The notes under the pieces are model-generated. The model saw only the letters and a list, made by a program, of their open reading frames with translations. It was not told the origin of the DNA and made no database searches. Source: Monocercomonoides exilis PA203 (taxonomy: Eukaryota; Protista; Preaxostyla). From it: a DNA stretch of 64,000 nucleotides. Numbering within the stretch: the first letter of the stretch is position 1; each line of letters opens with the position of its first letter. The stretch is from NCBI GenBank assembly GCA_001643675.2, contig LSRY02000049.1, positions 372,001 to 436,000 on the forward strand. The letters are read 5' to 3'. Of this stretch, positions 12,427 to 24,149 are shown piece by piece. Both the position numbers and the translations under genes were made by a program.

Positions 12427-14342
12427 TTTAATGTTTCTGGTTACGCCTACTTCAAAAAAGACTATTTTTCATTTCTTTTGGGTAATTTTTCAAATTTCTT
12501 TACTCACATATTTTGCAAATGACGCGATTTCTTTTCATTTATGAAAAAAAAAAAAACTGTGTTGTTCCAGAATTTTTCTCCGTTCATCCTTCAAAGTCTG
12601 ACATTCCCATGTATAGTAATAATCAAAATTAAAGAAAAAATGTGAAAAATCTCAGGAATGATTGAGTGGAACAAAATCCATAAAGCATTAAATTTCATCC
12701 CAGATTTTCTCAAAAACGGGGGAAAAAATCATGAAAGTGATTTTATTTGAGTTTAATTCAATAAAACTTGCAAAAAGGCAAATGCATTCATCATGTGCAT
12801 GGGAAATGGCTTTACAAAAAAAAAAGTTATCACGTTTCTTTGATCTGAAAACTCATATTTGCTTGGCCTTAAAGAGAATTTGAATTTGGGTTGCAATATA
12901 TTCCATTTCGGTAAGTGAAGCATTGCTAACGAATATTTCAATGTCCGAATAGCATATTGCTCACGCTATATCTTCTACTCAAGCGGAAAACAAAGAACAA
13001 AAACGTATTTCTTGGAGATAAATAGATCACCATCAGTCAGACCGGATTGAGGAGAAGTTTGTGATAATTGCACTGATATTTCCATGATGTATGAGAGCAA
13101 AAGTTTTGAAGGAAGCTCATGAACAAATAAGCGCTTCATTAAAACAGATCATTGATTCCAAATGAAAATCATTTTATTTACACATTTTTCTGTTGATGTA
13201 GATTTGTGTCATGTGTGTTTCTCGTTGGAATACAGAACTTGGTAGATTTTCGCTTAATCCTAAACAAATCCCTTTTTCGGTTTTCGTTCTTCTTTTTTTA
13301 TTTCTTGACGCATCTTGTTGGCCATTCTTTCGTGTTGAGGAAGCACTGGACCATTCAAGTTTCCATCTCTTTTCTCTTACTTCATCAACAGTTATTATCA
13401 TCTTTTACTGGCAACAAGCCTGTTTTTCTTTCAACGTGACATTTGCTTTTGCAACTTTCCTCAGATCCTCCTCTTCAAAATCCATTTTATCATTTCTATT
13501 TCCAGGGATCTAAACTTTAATCTGCACGGTTATCCTTTTTTATCTGACCTTTACCAATATTTTTCTTATAACATCAAATTTTTATAATATTAATCCTTTT
13601 TACTTCTGAAAAAACGAACTTCATCTTCAAATATAAAGAGTTTTTTCATTTTTTCAGTTATCTTTATGTTTTCATAAATTTTGTCTTTGTTAATATTTTA
13701 TAACTGTTTCTTTTAATGAAACATAAAACTTGAAATATCCATTATCGTCAAGAAGTTTAAATTCCTTGTCCAAATCTTTTCCAGAACATTCGTCAAAAGC
13801 AAATCTATATATTTTGTAAAGTCTTTCTTTTTCCAACTCATTTTCAGCAAAAGAAGATGTTGCTCATTAAAATTCACTGAAAATGAAACAAATTTCATTG
13901 ATCTTTCTCGGCTTATTATCTGTTGAAAGCATTTTCTTCTCAGTTTCCATTCAACGTTTTTTTAAACTAATTATCTGCAACTCTTTTCTTCAAATTTCAA
14001 GTTTCTCATTCTCATGCTCTTATTATCATAATGTGTTGGTATTCTTTAATGCAATTCCCACCTCTCTTTCAACGAATTGCTTTTCTCCAATTTTTTGTTT
14101 CGATCAAAAAATTATTATGGTGAGATTTAAAAAATCAATTCATCGATTATAGTGATTTCTTTGCATTTACTGCAAATTTCAACAGATTGAAACTAAATAA
14201 ATAAATTTGCAAAAACAATCAAGCATCCCATACTTGAAATTTTTGCAATTTGATTTATAATTAAGCATTCATGCTAGTGTCGAAAGTTTCAGATTTCAAA
14301 AAGGAATCTTCAAATTGTTTCATTAAGTTGGGTAGTTTAACA

Positions 14343-16243
14343 ATGGATGAAGAGTTTAGTTATTTGAATCGCGGTATTTATTTTTTGTCTTATCTTCGAA
14401 ACTTCAGACTTTTTTAACTAACAAATATTTATTTTTTTGCAACAGAAATCGGGAATAAAGAAATTGGCGAACTTGAGCCGTTATTGAGAGGATATTATCA
14501 TTTGATGAAATTATCTAAGCCAAAGTATTTTTACTTTTCCCTTGGTTATAAAGATAGGGAGATGATTGAAAAATTGAAAACCATCTGTGGAAGGATTCAA
14601 AGCCCTCGCGAAGTTTTGACAGCTCGAGTCCTTGGGGGAATGTCCAGACTTTTATGTCTTTCCCATTGTCGTGAAGGAGGAATGCATAGAATGGATATGG
14701 AAAATCTTTCTGAATCAGCAAAAAGACTGGTAAAGTCAATGTCTCTGTTCACTGGAGAGGAAAGATGTAATACTGTTGATGATGAGCTTGCTGATTTATG
14801 TGACTGTGATGACGAAGATACTTGCTTAAATACAATTGCTTATTACAGATTTGCTAGCATAGATTCCGGTGTTACATCTTTTAATAATCAGCGATCCTTT
14901 TTAATTTATGAAAACTATTTTTTAATTTATTTATTAATATATTTTTCTCAGGAGCAACTCCGTATATTGGTGAGGCTCTTCGTGCATTGGTTGGGAAATG
15001 GTTGTATGGTCTTTTGTCAAACAAAATTCACTCTGTTATTCTTGAAACATTAAAAATGACGACAAGATTATCAGCACTAAAAGTTTATTTGAAACTTGGT
15101 GATACAGTAAAAACGAACAGCATTTTAACTCTTGATTCGTTTATTCCAGATCCAAATGCATTCAATTCCAAGCCAGCGTCAATTGAATCGTCCAAATGCA
15201 ATTTTTCTGACTGGATTCCACCTATATACTCCCGAGGAGCAATTTGCAGCATCGCATTAAAAGCCTTCGAATGCTTGTGCGTGCTTTCAACTCAACATGC
15301 TAATGCATATGCTCATGTTTTCACTTGTCAGGAAAGAATTATGGAGAAAATCTTTTGTTATTTGTTTGGAAGTTGGAATGAAGAAGAATGGAAGGCTATT
15401 TTTCCTGGAAGCAAATTTTTTGGCGCAAATTGTTCTGATATTTATTCTTCTGGCGGGGCTAACTTCCAACGCATGATTGATGGACAATATTGTGAAGAGA
15501 AAAGCATCCAAAAAATGATCAAAAAGTTTCAGACTTGTGCTGTTATGTTCATCAGAAGTTGGCTTGAGAAGCAGACTAATGAATCAATCTCCCGATGCCT
15601 GAAAAGAGATGTTATGAGAAGAATAGCTTTTCTGTTGTGCGACTCTGATAACGATAAGATGAAATTGGAGGCAGCAAAGGTACTTTTGAATGGATGGGCC
15701 TGCTCGTCATCGGACGCTCGAATACGTCCACTTCAGGTGAATGTTTATGAAGAAGACGCCAGAAATTACTCATGCCTTTCCCAGTCTTTGTGCAGAGAGT
15801 TAAAAGCAATGTTGGCTGAAGCATGCGAAGAAGAAGGTGTTATTGACATGATGAATGCGCGCTTCGCTGACATTTTTACAGAAGATATTGTCAAAGCAAA
15901 GAAGCATGAACAAATAAAAAGAAGGATGAACGCAAAGTGTGATCCAAACATTTGTCCAGTTTGTGCCTTGTTATCAAATGCAGAAATCAATAATAAAGAA
16001 ATGGGAAAAGAAGATGAAAAAGAGAAAGAAAAGAAAGTTATCTATCCAAAGAATCCATTTATTCAATTTTTGAACTTGAAATTTCAAGGAGAGGAATTGT
16101 TTGCATTTCTGAAAAATTGTTTAGATGTAGGGGAAATGTCTTCAAATGATTATTCAATGTTTCAATATAATTGGGCGAATTATTATTTCGCGAATGATGA
16201 AGATGTTGAAGTCTTTAAAGAACCTGAAGATGAAGATGAATAG
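14343..16243 (+). CDS. Hypothetical helical (possibly ARM-like) protein, multi-exon
   Basis: ATG at 14343, intron near 14374-14445, second intron near 14870-14951, then a 418-aa ORF ending TAG at 16243. No recognised catalytic motif. Confidence 0.6.
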
Positions 16244-16799
16244 ACTGAATGGTGAAAAGAGTCGATATTTATCGTATTTATTTTTTGTTGAATTAAAAGA
16301 AAGATTAAGAATTTATATATGTATTTTTTTATTTCTATTGTTTGTGAGGCTTTTGAGAAACTCATTTTTGAAGATAATTTTTTTACAATTATGTATAGAA
16401 TTTTATTTTCATATTTTGAATAAAATCTTAATTTCAATTTTTCTTCTTCAACTTTTTCATCTTAGTTTTTTATTTGTTTACAGATGAATTTCAAATGGAA
16501 TTTTTCTTTTTAAATGAGCTCGTATAATTTGATTAAAGTGGGTTTTTCTTAAATGAAGTCATTTTATTTTAAATGTTTGAAGTTACACTTGTATAAAGTG
16601 CCGTACACTTAAATAAATAATTTATGAAAAGTTATGAACACTAATGATCATGTTTTTGAGTTTAATGTTTCAAATTATTAACAAAATCAAAATAAATATA
16701 TATTTAAAAATGAGATTTATAACAATTGAAGTTGATAAGTTGAGAAATGAATTTAGAAGCATTGACTAAACAAAGCCAGTGAGAAATGAATGAAAATAT

Positions 16800-17067
16800 G
16801 GGGGAAAATACGAGATTAAAAGCTTTTTTTGCACGAAGCATTAAATTTTTATTTCACTCAGAACTTCACAAAACGAACTCAGATTTTCAAGTAAATTGGA
16901 TTTTCTGATCCGAATACTAACGCAATTGACATTGCAACATTATGTTTTGTAACCTCATCCATTTGAATTAAAATGTTCCCATTTTGTTGATAATTTCTAT
17001 TCACAAAATTTAAATCAAAAATGCAAAATTTTTCAATGAAAATGCCTGAAGTTAAATATTTTGCCCC
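16800..17067. mobile_element. 268-bp MITE with GGGG termini and 4-bp TSD ATAT
   Basis: atat|GGGGGAAAATA ... TATTTTGCCCC|atat. A diverged copy of the same length lies at 44175-44442. Confidence 0.75.
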
Positions 17068-17100
17068 ATATCACTTTGTTTTCATTTCATATACCAAGTA

Positions 17101-18162
17101 TAATCATGGACAAAACCCGGGAAAGGGACAAAACCCGGACTTTTTCATAAAATTCATATTTTTCGACAAGCTTCAAAAATTAAATTATGATAATTCATCC
17201 ATTCATATATCAGCATATAACACATCTTACCATATCCAATTTTTTATTTGTTGTGCTGTATTTATGAAGAAATAAATAATTTTTATTCTTGAAAATTTGA
17301 CTTTTAATGAATTCTTCTATTTCAACTGAACGATTCAATTCATCTTCTGCACATGTAACTTATTTTTTCTTTGTTGCAAACTGTTCTGGCTATTTTTCAT
17401 TTTCGGCAATTTGCTATTTCTGAAGAAAAAAAAAACTATCATTTTTGAAAAATCTTTATCAATGGGACAACTTAAAAAATATTTTTTGCAAAACGCAAAA
17501 GCATCCAAGTGAATTTAACACATGCAATAATAAACATGATAATTATATAATATTTCCACAAAATTGTAATTAAAAATAATTCAGTTAAAATTTTATAAAT
17601 GAAATTTGTTTTTTTTTATTGATAATTTTGAGTTCATTTTTTTGAAATATGAATAATATTTATTATTTAAAATCTTCATTGAATTATTTTTAATTACAAT
17701 TTTGTGGAAATATTATATAATTATCATGTTTATTATTGCATGTGTTAAATTCACTTGGATGCTTTTGCGTTTTGCAAAAAATATTTTTTAAGTTGTCCCA
17801 TTGATAAAGATTTTTCAAAAATGATAGTTTTTTTTTTCTTCAGAAATAGCAAATTGCCGAAAATGAAAAATAGCCAGAACAGTTTGCAACAAAGAAAAAA
17901 TAAGTTACATGTGCAGAAGATGAATTGAATCGTTCAGTTGAAATAGAAGAATTCATTAAAAGTCAAATTTTCAAGAATAAAAATTATTTATTTCTTCATA
18001 AATACAGCACAACAAATAAAAAATTGGATATGGTAAGATGTGTTATATGCTGATATATGAATGGATGAATTATCATAATTTAATTTTTGAAGCTTGTCGA
18101 AAAATATGAATTTTATGAAAAAGTCCGGGTTTTGTCCCTTTCCCGGGTTTTGTCCATGATTA
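17101..18162. mobile_element. Foldback-type non-autonomous element with ~485-bp inverted arms, 96-bp spacer and TA flanks
   Basis: 17099-17583 is the reverse complement of 17680-18164, with no mismatch seen by eye. The termini carry two GGACAAAACCCGG direct repeats. TA lies at 17099-17100 and 18163-18164. Confidence 0.85.
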
Positions 18163-18267
18163 TATTTCTTTTTATTTTGCAATTTGATAATTGAATAATG
18201 AAATATCTTTTATAAAAATTTAAAGAAATTGATGTTCGTGGAGTTATCTCCTTCAATAAAGCCTATA

Positions 18268-18716
18268 CAGTCAAAACCGGATATAATCACATCGGTTTTT
18301 GCACAACATTTTGTGACTATATCCGATTGTGATTATGCACGATGCAACTTTACACAGAAGAAAATAAAAATTGATTTTTGAGATAATAAGTTTTGGGTCG
18401 ATTTTTTTATTTTTGGAAAATCAACACAAATAAACTTTTTTCACTTGTTTGAACAATTTTGATCACAAATACACATAATTTAGACTTATTTCAGCACATT
18501 TTTGAAAAAGTGAAAAATAAAAATTTTTGAACAAAAAATCGATTTTTCATTGAAAAATCCACCCATTATAATTTAAAATGTGATTATATATTTTCATCCC
18601 TGTGATTATATGCGATGAAAAATGAATGAAAACCAAGCAAAAAATGTCGGTGCATCGAAAATGTGACCATAGACGAATGTGATTTTATTCGATGTGATTA
18701 TATCCGGTTTTGACTG
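18268..18716. mobile_element. 449-bp pogo/Tigger-type (Tc1/mariner) MITE
   Basis: Perfect 27-bp TIR CAGTCAAAACCGGATATAATCACATCG, TA TSD on both sides, and several internal TGTGATTATA-like repeats. Confidence 0.9.
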
Positions 18717-18719
18717 TAT

Positions 18720-21700
18720 TTCTTATGTGCACAGATGAGTCTCCAAATATATGAAGCGTTCTCCTTCTCTTCTTTTTCCGAAAAGTGGATTCATTCAATT
18801 TTCATTTATCATTTTTTTTTTCAAGCTTCTTTTTATATATCTGCTCTGCCTTCCTTTCTGCCCTTCGCCACTGCCCCTCAGATTACGTCTCCATCGTCAC
18901 CATTTCAAATGCCTTCGGATCTTTTCGGATGTTATCATTCACAATCTCTAACAATTTTTCTGTTCCACTTTTTTGTTTCCTCCGTTGAACAATGAATATC
19001 GCTGCAATAATTAGAATAACAAGAAGAACAAATGTTATGATAATTACAATCAAAAGCCAATATGATTTTCCTTTTTTCTTCCTTCAAAGAGTTTTTCATC
19101 TTCTTTTGGATCAGATTCACCTATTCTTAAAATGAAGGAGTCAGTTGAAGAAGGAAAATCAATCTTTCCAAATAAGATCTTCAAAGATCCTTCTGTTGTT
19201 TTAGAAGCTATTGACACTATTAATGCTGGAATGACTACAAGAATTACAGTTTCATTTTCATAAAGTTGTGCTTGCAGCGGATATTTCTGAGCTTGTGGAG
19301 TGATTCATTGACAAAATCAATCTGGAGGAGTTTGTGCCAGGGAAGAAGCAAAGAGCCGATTAGATGAAGGGAAATGGCTTTGCCTTGCTTGCGAGATTTC
19401 GCTGATACAAACTGTATGATGAAGAATGGAGAAAATCTTCCTGAGTTAAACCTTCGAAGGTGTAATCATTATATATTAGACACATTGATATATTCGGAAG
19501 AAAGCCATCCCCATCTTTCAGACTTTGAATGTCCAGCAGCCCATGATCTGAACAGACGATGTTGTTCCTCATGGATGGATAGCCTGCTGCATTTGGATTA
19601 TTGTTGGCAAACAATCCAAATTGCACAGAAATGCTTCCACCTAACACAGACAACCCTCCTTTCAGTGAATTGAAGATTGTGGTGTCTTTCATTGCTCCTG
19701 AACAATAGAAAAGATCGATCATGGAGCCACTCCACTTGATAAAATCTTTGAATGAATTCATGTTGGATCTGGGCTGTTGTGGGAAAGTTTTTCCATCAAA
19801 TGAGCATGAAGATAAGTTAACATCAGCTAAATCTGCCAAAGTCACAATTCTCCCTTTATCTGAAGAAGATATTCATTTTTGGCTGGTGCAGTTCTCCAAT
19901 TCTAGCAATAAAGATGAAGATGAAGCAGTCAAGCAACACGGGCCAAACGAATCTCTGGTAATATTTCGATATGAAGACTGTTTTAACCTGAATATGGAAG
20001 CATTTGAAGCAATATTCACTGTACATCCATCTCCAAGCTTCGTGTTGCAAATGGCCAAGAAATTCATCTCAACATTTGCATCTTCGCATTCAACAAAAAG
20101 CAAAGAATTATTTGAAACGTGCGTATCATCGAATTCCAAGTGACTGCACTGGATGTTTGAACTGCCTTCTGAACCATCTGAACAAATGGCAATCATATTT
20201 GATCTGCATTCGGTTCCTCTCAACTGAACATACTGCAGCTTGGAACTTTTGCAGTTCTGAAAAATCATGGCAGATCGATCAAATATGCTGCTGGAAATAA
20301 GCACTTGCTGCACAGACAGGTTTGCTAGATTGTGGAAATCAAATAACTCTTTGCAATTCATATCAGAAATGTTCAAGTTCATAAACAAGCAATATCGTCC
20401 CCCTCTTGCTGCCACGCATGAAGAGCTAAGATGAAGGGAAGCAAAAGTGCATCCGTTGATCGATAGTCTGCCATTCTCCACAAGAATGATGGAGCAGTTC
20501 AATTTCATTTCAGAGTCTCCACTCCAATCTTCTTGAGCAAATGCTGTATCAACAATCGACAAGCTACCGTCACTCAGCAATAACAAGCTGGAATGCGAAG
20601 AAGAAAAAGCGCTTCCAAACAAAAACGAAAGAAATTCCATTTTCACTCTCGATGAACACAAAATGAGACTACCCGTCTTGCTGCCGATGCTGTTGTTCAG
20701 CACAATATTCCCTCTTTCTTCTTCTGCATCCAGCGACTTGATCGAAACATCATGGATGCTTGCTTCACCAGATACCAGAGAAATCTCGTCGATGAGCAAA
20801 TTGCTGTAAACAGAAGGAATGATGTGAGACAATGCAACATTCAAGGAAGAGCAGGGCGCATTGATAGCTCCGCACTGGCGTGAATCTGAGGTGTTGTCGG
20901 CTGAAGAAGAGGCAAATATCGTCTCGCTCTGATACACAACCACAAGCAGCAGCAGATCTTGCTCGTCCGAATAGTCTTGTGCGGTGCATCCCCAAATGGC
21001 GAGCTCCTGTTTGTATGGTGGACTGAAGTCCAGCTGGAAGAATTCGCTCCTTATTTGGGATTCCACGTTGGAGCATTTCACATATATGTCTCTTCCTCTG
21101 AAAGCCTTGTTCTCCAAGAATGTGATATTTTTGAAGATGAAAGGCAGCGTGCTATCGCTTGCAATTGATGAGCAATCCAGGAACATCGCGCCTCCCCTTC
21201 CAGTCGCTGAGCAGAAGCACTCCGAGATTGTGGATAAAGTGCAGTGAAACAATGCTTCTTCATTTAACTTCATGGTTATGCATCCGCCGCTCTCACTTTG
21301 GCTGCTTCCACAATTCTTGATCGACGTGTTTTGCACAGATACGCTGGAAGGCTTGCTGCTGGCGCAGCTGATGATGGACGGCTCAGATGGTGCATTTTGG
21401 AGAAGCGAATGGAGTGTGCAGCATTTCAGCCGAACTGTTTGACTGTCGCCTTCTTTTAATTTCTGAGACTCATCTCCCCACTCAGCCTGGGCCAGCACTG
21501 CCACAATGCTTTTGCCCATCAGCTCCATGTTGCTCATCCAAACATTTGTCAAGTCAATTTTGCTCCCACGCGAGGCTATCAGAATGGAAGTATTTCGTTT
21601 TTCACATTAAACCGAGCAGAATTACGTTTCTAATATTCCTATCAGGAAGGGAACGATGTTATAAGGAATGACTGTGCGAGAGCGCTGGTATATAGCAAGA
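18720..21700 (-). pseudogene. Truncated, decayed paralog of the 2752-aa membrane beta-helix/pseudokinase gene
   Basis: Aligns with ~46500-49400. TGC>TGA stop at 19873-19875 (TQK*ISSS versus TSQKCISSS), further frameshifts and stops downstream. Retains the TM segment and KDPKAFEMVTME. Lacks the N-terminal half and the kinase-like tail. Confidence 0.85.
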
Positions 21701-22372
21701 GAAAGAAAGTTGAATTTCATTCAATATTCAACGAAATTGTGCTGGTTTGGGACAAAATTGTTGCATTTATGGGGGGAAAATATATAAATAAATAAATAAA
21801 AATAAAAAAAAAAAAAAAAAAAAAAACAATTGTCACAAACTATATCTGCAATCGAATAATTTCAATTCTAACATTCCCATGCATAATAACAATGAAAAAT
21901 AAAAGAAAGACTGAGAAAAATATAAGAAAAAAATTTCATAAGACAACTTTAAGTGTACCTAAAAGATAAAATATAAGCTTTATGAAAAGGCAAAATGAAT
22001 TCAAAGGAACTTTCATCCACACTCTTTTTTGTTAATAATATGCGCAATCTTTCCCTCAATTCAAGCACTGAAATTAGATTTGAAAAAAAGTCTCGTAAAG
22101 CTTAAGACTTGAATAAAAAAACCATTCAATCATTTTAAGTTTTGATCAACTGGTAATTATTTGCCAAATGTATTTATTATATATAAACATTGTATTTTTT
22201 CACTATTTATTCATGTATTTAACGAAAAAAGCATGTACCCCCAAAGAAGCCTCTTGCCGAAACAATTGAGTGGAAAAAAATTCAAAAAGCAAAAAATATC
22301 TTCCCGAATCAAAATCCAGAATCGATCAGATAAATATTTTTTTCTTCAAATCTTTAAAATTAAACTGTTTCG

Positions 22373-23104
22373 ATGAGCGACAGCGAGGAAGATATTGACA
22401 CTGATGAGGAAGACACAGACAAAACAGAAGAAAGCGAAAACGATAGTTCTGATGATGATGAAGAGGATAATGATGAGGAAGAAGATAGTGATGATGATGA
22501 CGACGACGATGATGATAGCGATGATGACGAAAGTAATGATGATTCAGAAGATGATGACGACGATCAGGAGGAAGATGAAGATGAGAAATCAACGGAAAGA
22601 AGCTCAAAAAAATCAAAAAAAGACGAGAATGAATCCGATAAACCATCTGTTTCCTCTGTTTTGGCACAAGCTGGAACAACAATAACTGGAACCGGAATTA
22701 AAATCAATGATATAAAAAATACAATTGTGGAAATTGTGGAAGTTGGAGGGAGTCCCACGACTTCAGGCTCAACTGAAGCAGGCGAGTCAACTTTTATGCA
22801 TGTAAGAATAAGAGCAGCTTCCGCACCTCAGCATGCTGTTGATATAAAGATTGATGAAAAGCATGGATGCTCAATAACTCTAGCATCTGCATCTGAATCT
22901 ACAGCTTCACAAACGACATATAGCTCTCCATCTTCTTTTTCTTCATCACCATCTTCATCTCCAACTTTTACACGTCCGGCTGGGCCTCCACCTTTCCAAT
23001 TCGATCGATCTCGCGGACTCTCAGCGCAAATGGCAGAGTTGTTGCACACTCAACTTCCTCAAATGCCTCAGCCACTTCGATATCCTGGATATTTCTCTGG
23101 ATGA
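22373..23104 (+). CDS. Hypothetical protein with a highly acidic (Asp/Glu) N-terminus
   Basis: 243-aa ATG-initiated ORF, coding-like composition between AT-rich flanks. Confidence 0.6.
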   Translation: MSDSEEDIDTDEEDTDKTEESENDSSDDDEEDNDEEEDSDDDDDDDDDSDDDESNDDSEDDDDDQEEDEDEKSTERSSKKSKKDENESDKPSVSSVLAQAGTTITGTGIKINDIKNTIVEIVEVGGSPTTSGSTEAGESTFMHVRIRAASAPQHAVDIKIDEKHGCSITLASASESTASQTTYSSPSSFSSSPSSSPTFTRPAGPPPFQFDRSRGLSAQMAELLHTQLPQMPQPLRYPGYFSG

Positions 23105-23259
23105 AACTTTTTTAACTTTAATTTTATGAAATTTTTTCTTTAGCTCGATGTAGAATTATATCACTTTGTTTTTCCATTTCACATTTTAATTTATTTTTAT
23201 AGTTTGAGAATTTTTTGCTCTCAAATTTTAAATAATGATCAATTACCAATATTTGAAAC

Positions 23260-23868
23260 ATGTCAGAAATTACTGCTGAAGATTTCAAAAAGGCTGCTGC
23301 TTTATGTTCTGAAAGCTATTCTGCCACACCAGCAATGGATAGTGAAAATGAAAAAAAAGAAGATGATATGGCTTCTGCACCAGATTTTGATTCAGTTCCT
23401 TCTGTTGATTCAGAAGGTCCACAGCGCTGTATGAATTTCAACTATTATTTATAATAATATATTTAGGATTTATATAAATTTTATAACGCAATATTTATGT
23501 AAATTCTATTCTTAAAGCTGTTGAGGGATATATTGTGTTTGTTGGAAATTTAAATGAAGAAACTGTTGAGGAAGATGTTCGTGACGTCTTTAGTGAGTTT
23601 GGTCCGATTAAAAACCTTCAAATGAACATTGACAGGAAAACAGGATTTATGAAGGTAAAATTTTAATATTTTTTTTCATTATTAACGTAAAAATTTTTGT
23701 TCATTAATTTTCTTAAACTTTTCTACAAAGGGATACGCTCTTATTGAGTATGCAAATCTATCTGAAGCCCAGGATGCTGTTAAATATGGAAATGGGAAAA
23801 AACTTCATGATCATGATTTACTTGTTGATTTTGCTTTTAAAAAACCACCATCTCAAAACAAAAAATAA
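23260..23868 (+). CDS. RBM8A: Exon junction complex RRM protein Y14, 147 aa
   Basis: Introns 23429-23517 and 23655-23730. Spliced product GPQRSVEGYIVFVGNLNEET...NIDRKTGFMKGYALIEY...VDFAF matches the Y14 signature GPQRSVEGW...LDRRTGYLKGY. Confidence 0.93.
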
Positions 23869-24149
23869 TTTTTCAAGAAATGTATGAAGCTTGTTGTTTA
23901 TCAGCAACGATTGCCTTTAGCATTCACTATACGTAAAATGCGAAATCTTGATGTGCGATTTCTTATGCGCGAAAAAATGCAATTTTGAAGAGAAGAAAAA
24001 TTAAGATTCACTTCATTGATGAACAAGAAAAAGCAAAGCTCAAAAGTTGTCACAGAAAAAAATAAAAATTGAAGAAGAAGACTCGAAATGACGTGTTGAG
24101 AGCGTTTGCATCGCTGTTTTTTTTACAGTTTTAATTTTTGAAAAAATAA

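Noticed and set aside
17021-18182. Two ORFs with the same peptide (KYNHGQNPGKGQNPDFF...) on opposite strands
   Set aside because: This follows from the inverted arms of the foldback element. The sequence is AT-rich with no coding signal.
18268-18716. Repeated TGTGATTATA motifs as a CRISPR-like array
   Set aside because: The repeats are short, degenerate and irregularly spaced inside a TA-flanked TIR element, typical of transposase-binding subterminal repeats.
19873-19875. In-frame TGA at a Cys position as selenocysteine or readthrough
   Set aside because: The paralog has TGC, but this copy is truncated and has further stops and frameshifts. No SECIS could be supported.
21804-21826. A23 tract as the poly(A) tail of a retroposed copy
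   Set aside because: It is on the wrong strand and end for the adjacent minus-strand pseudogene, and no TSD is evident.
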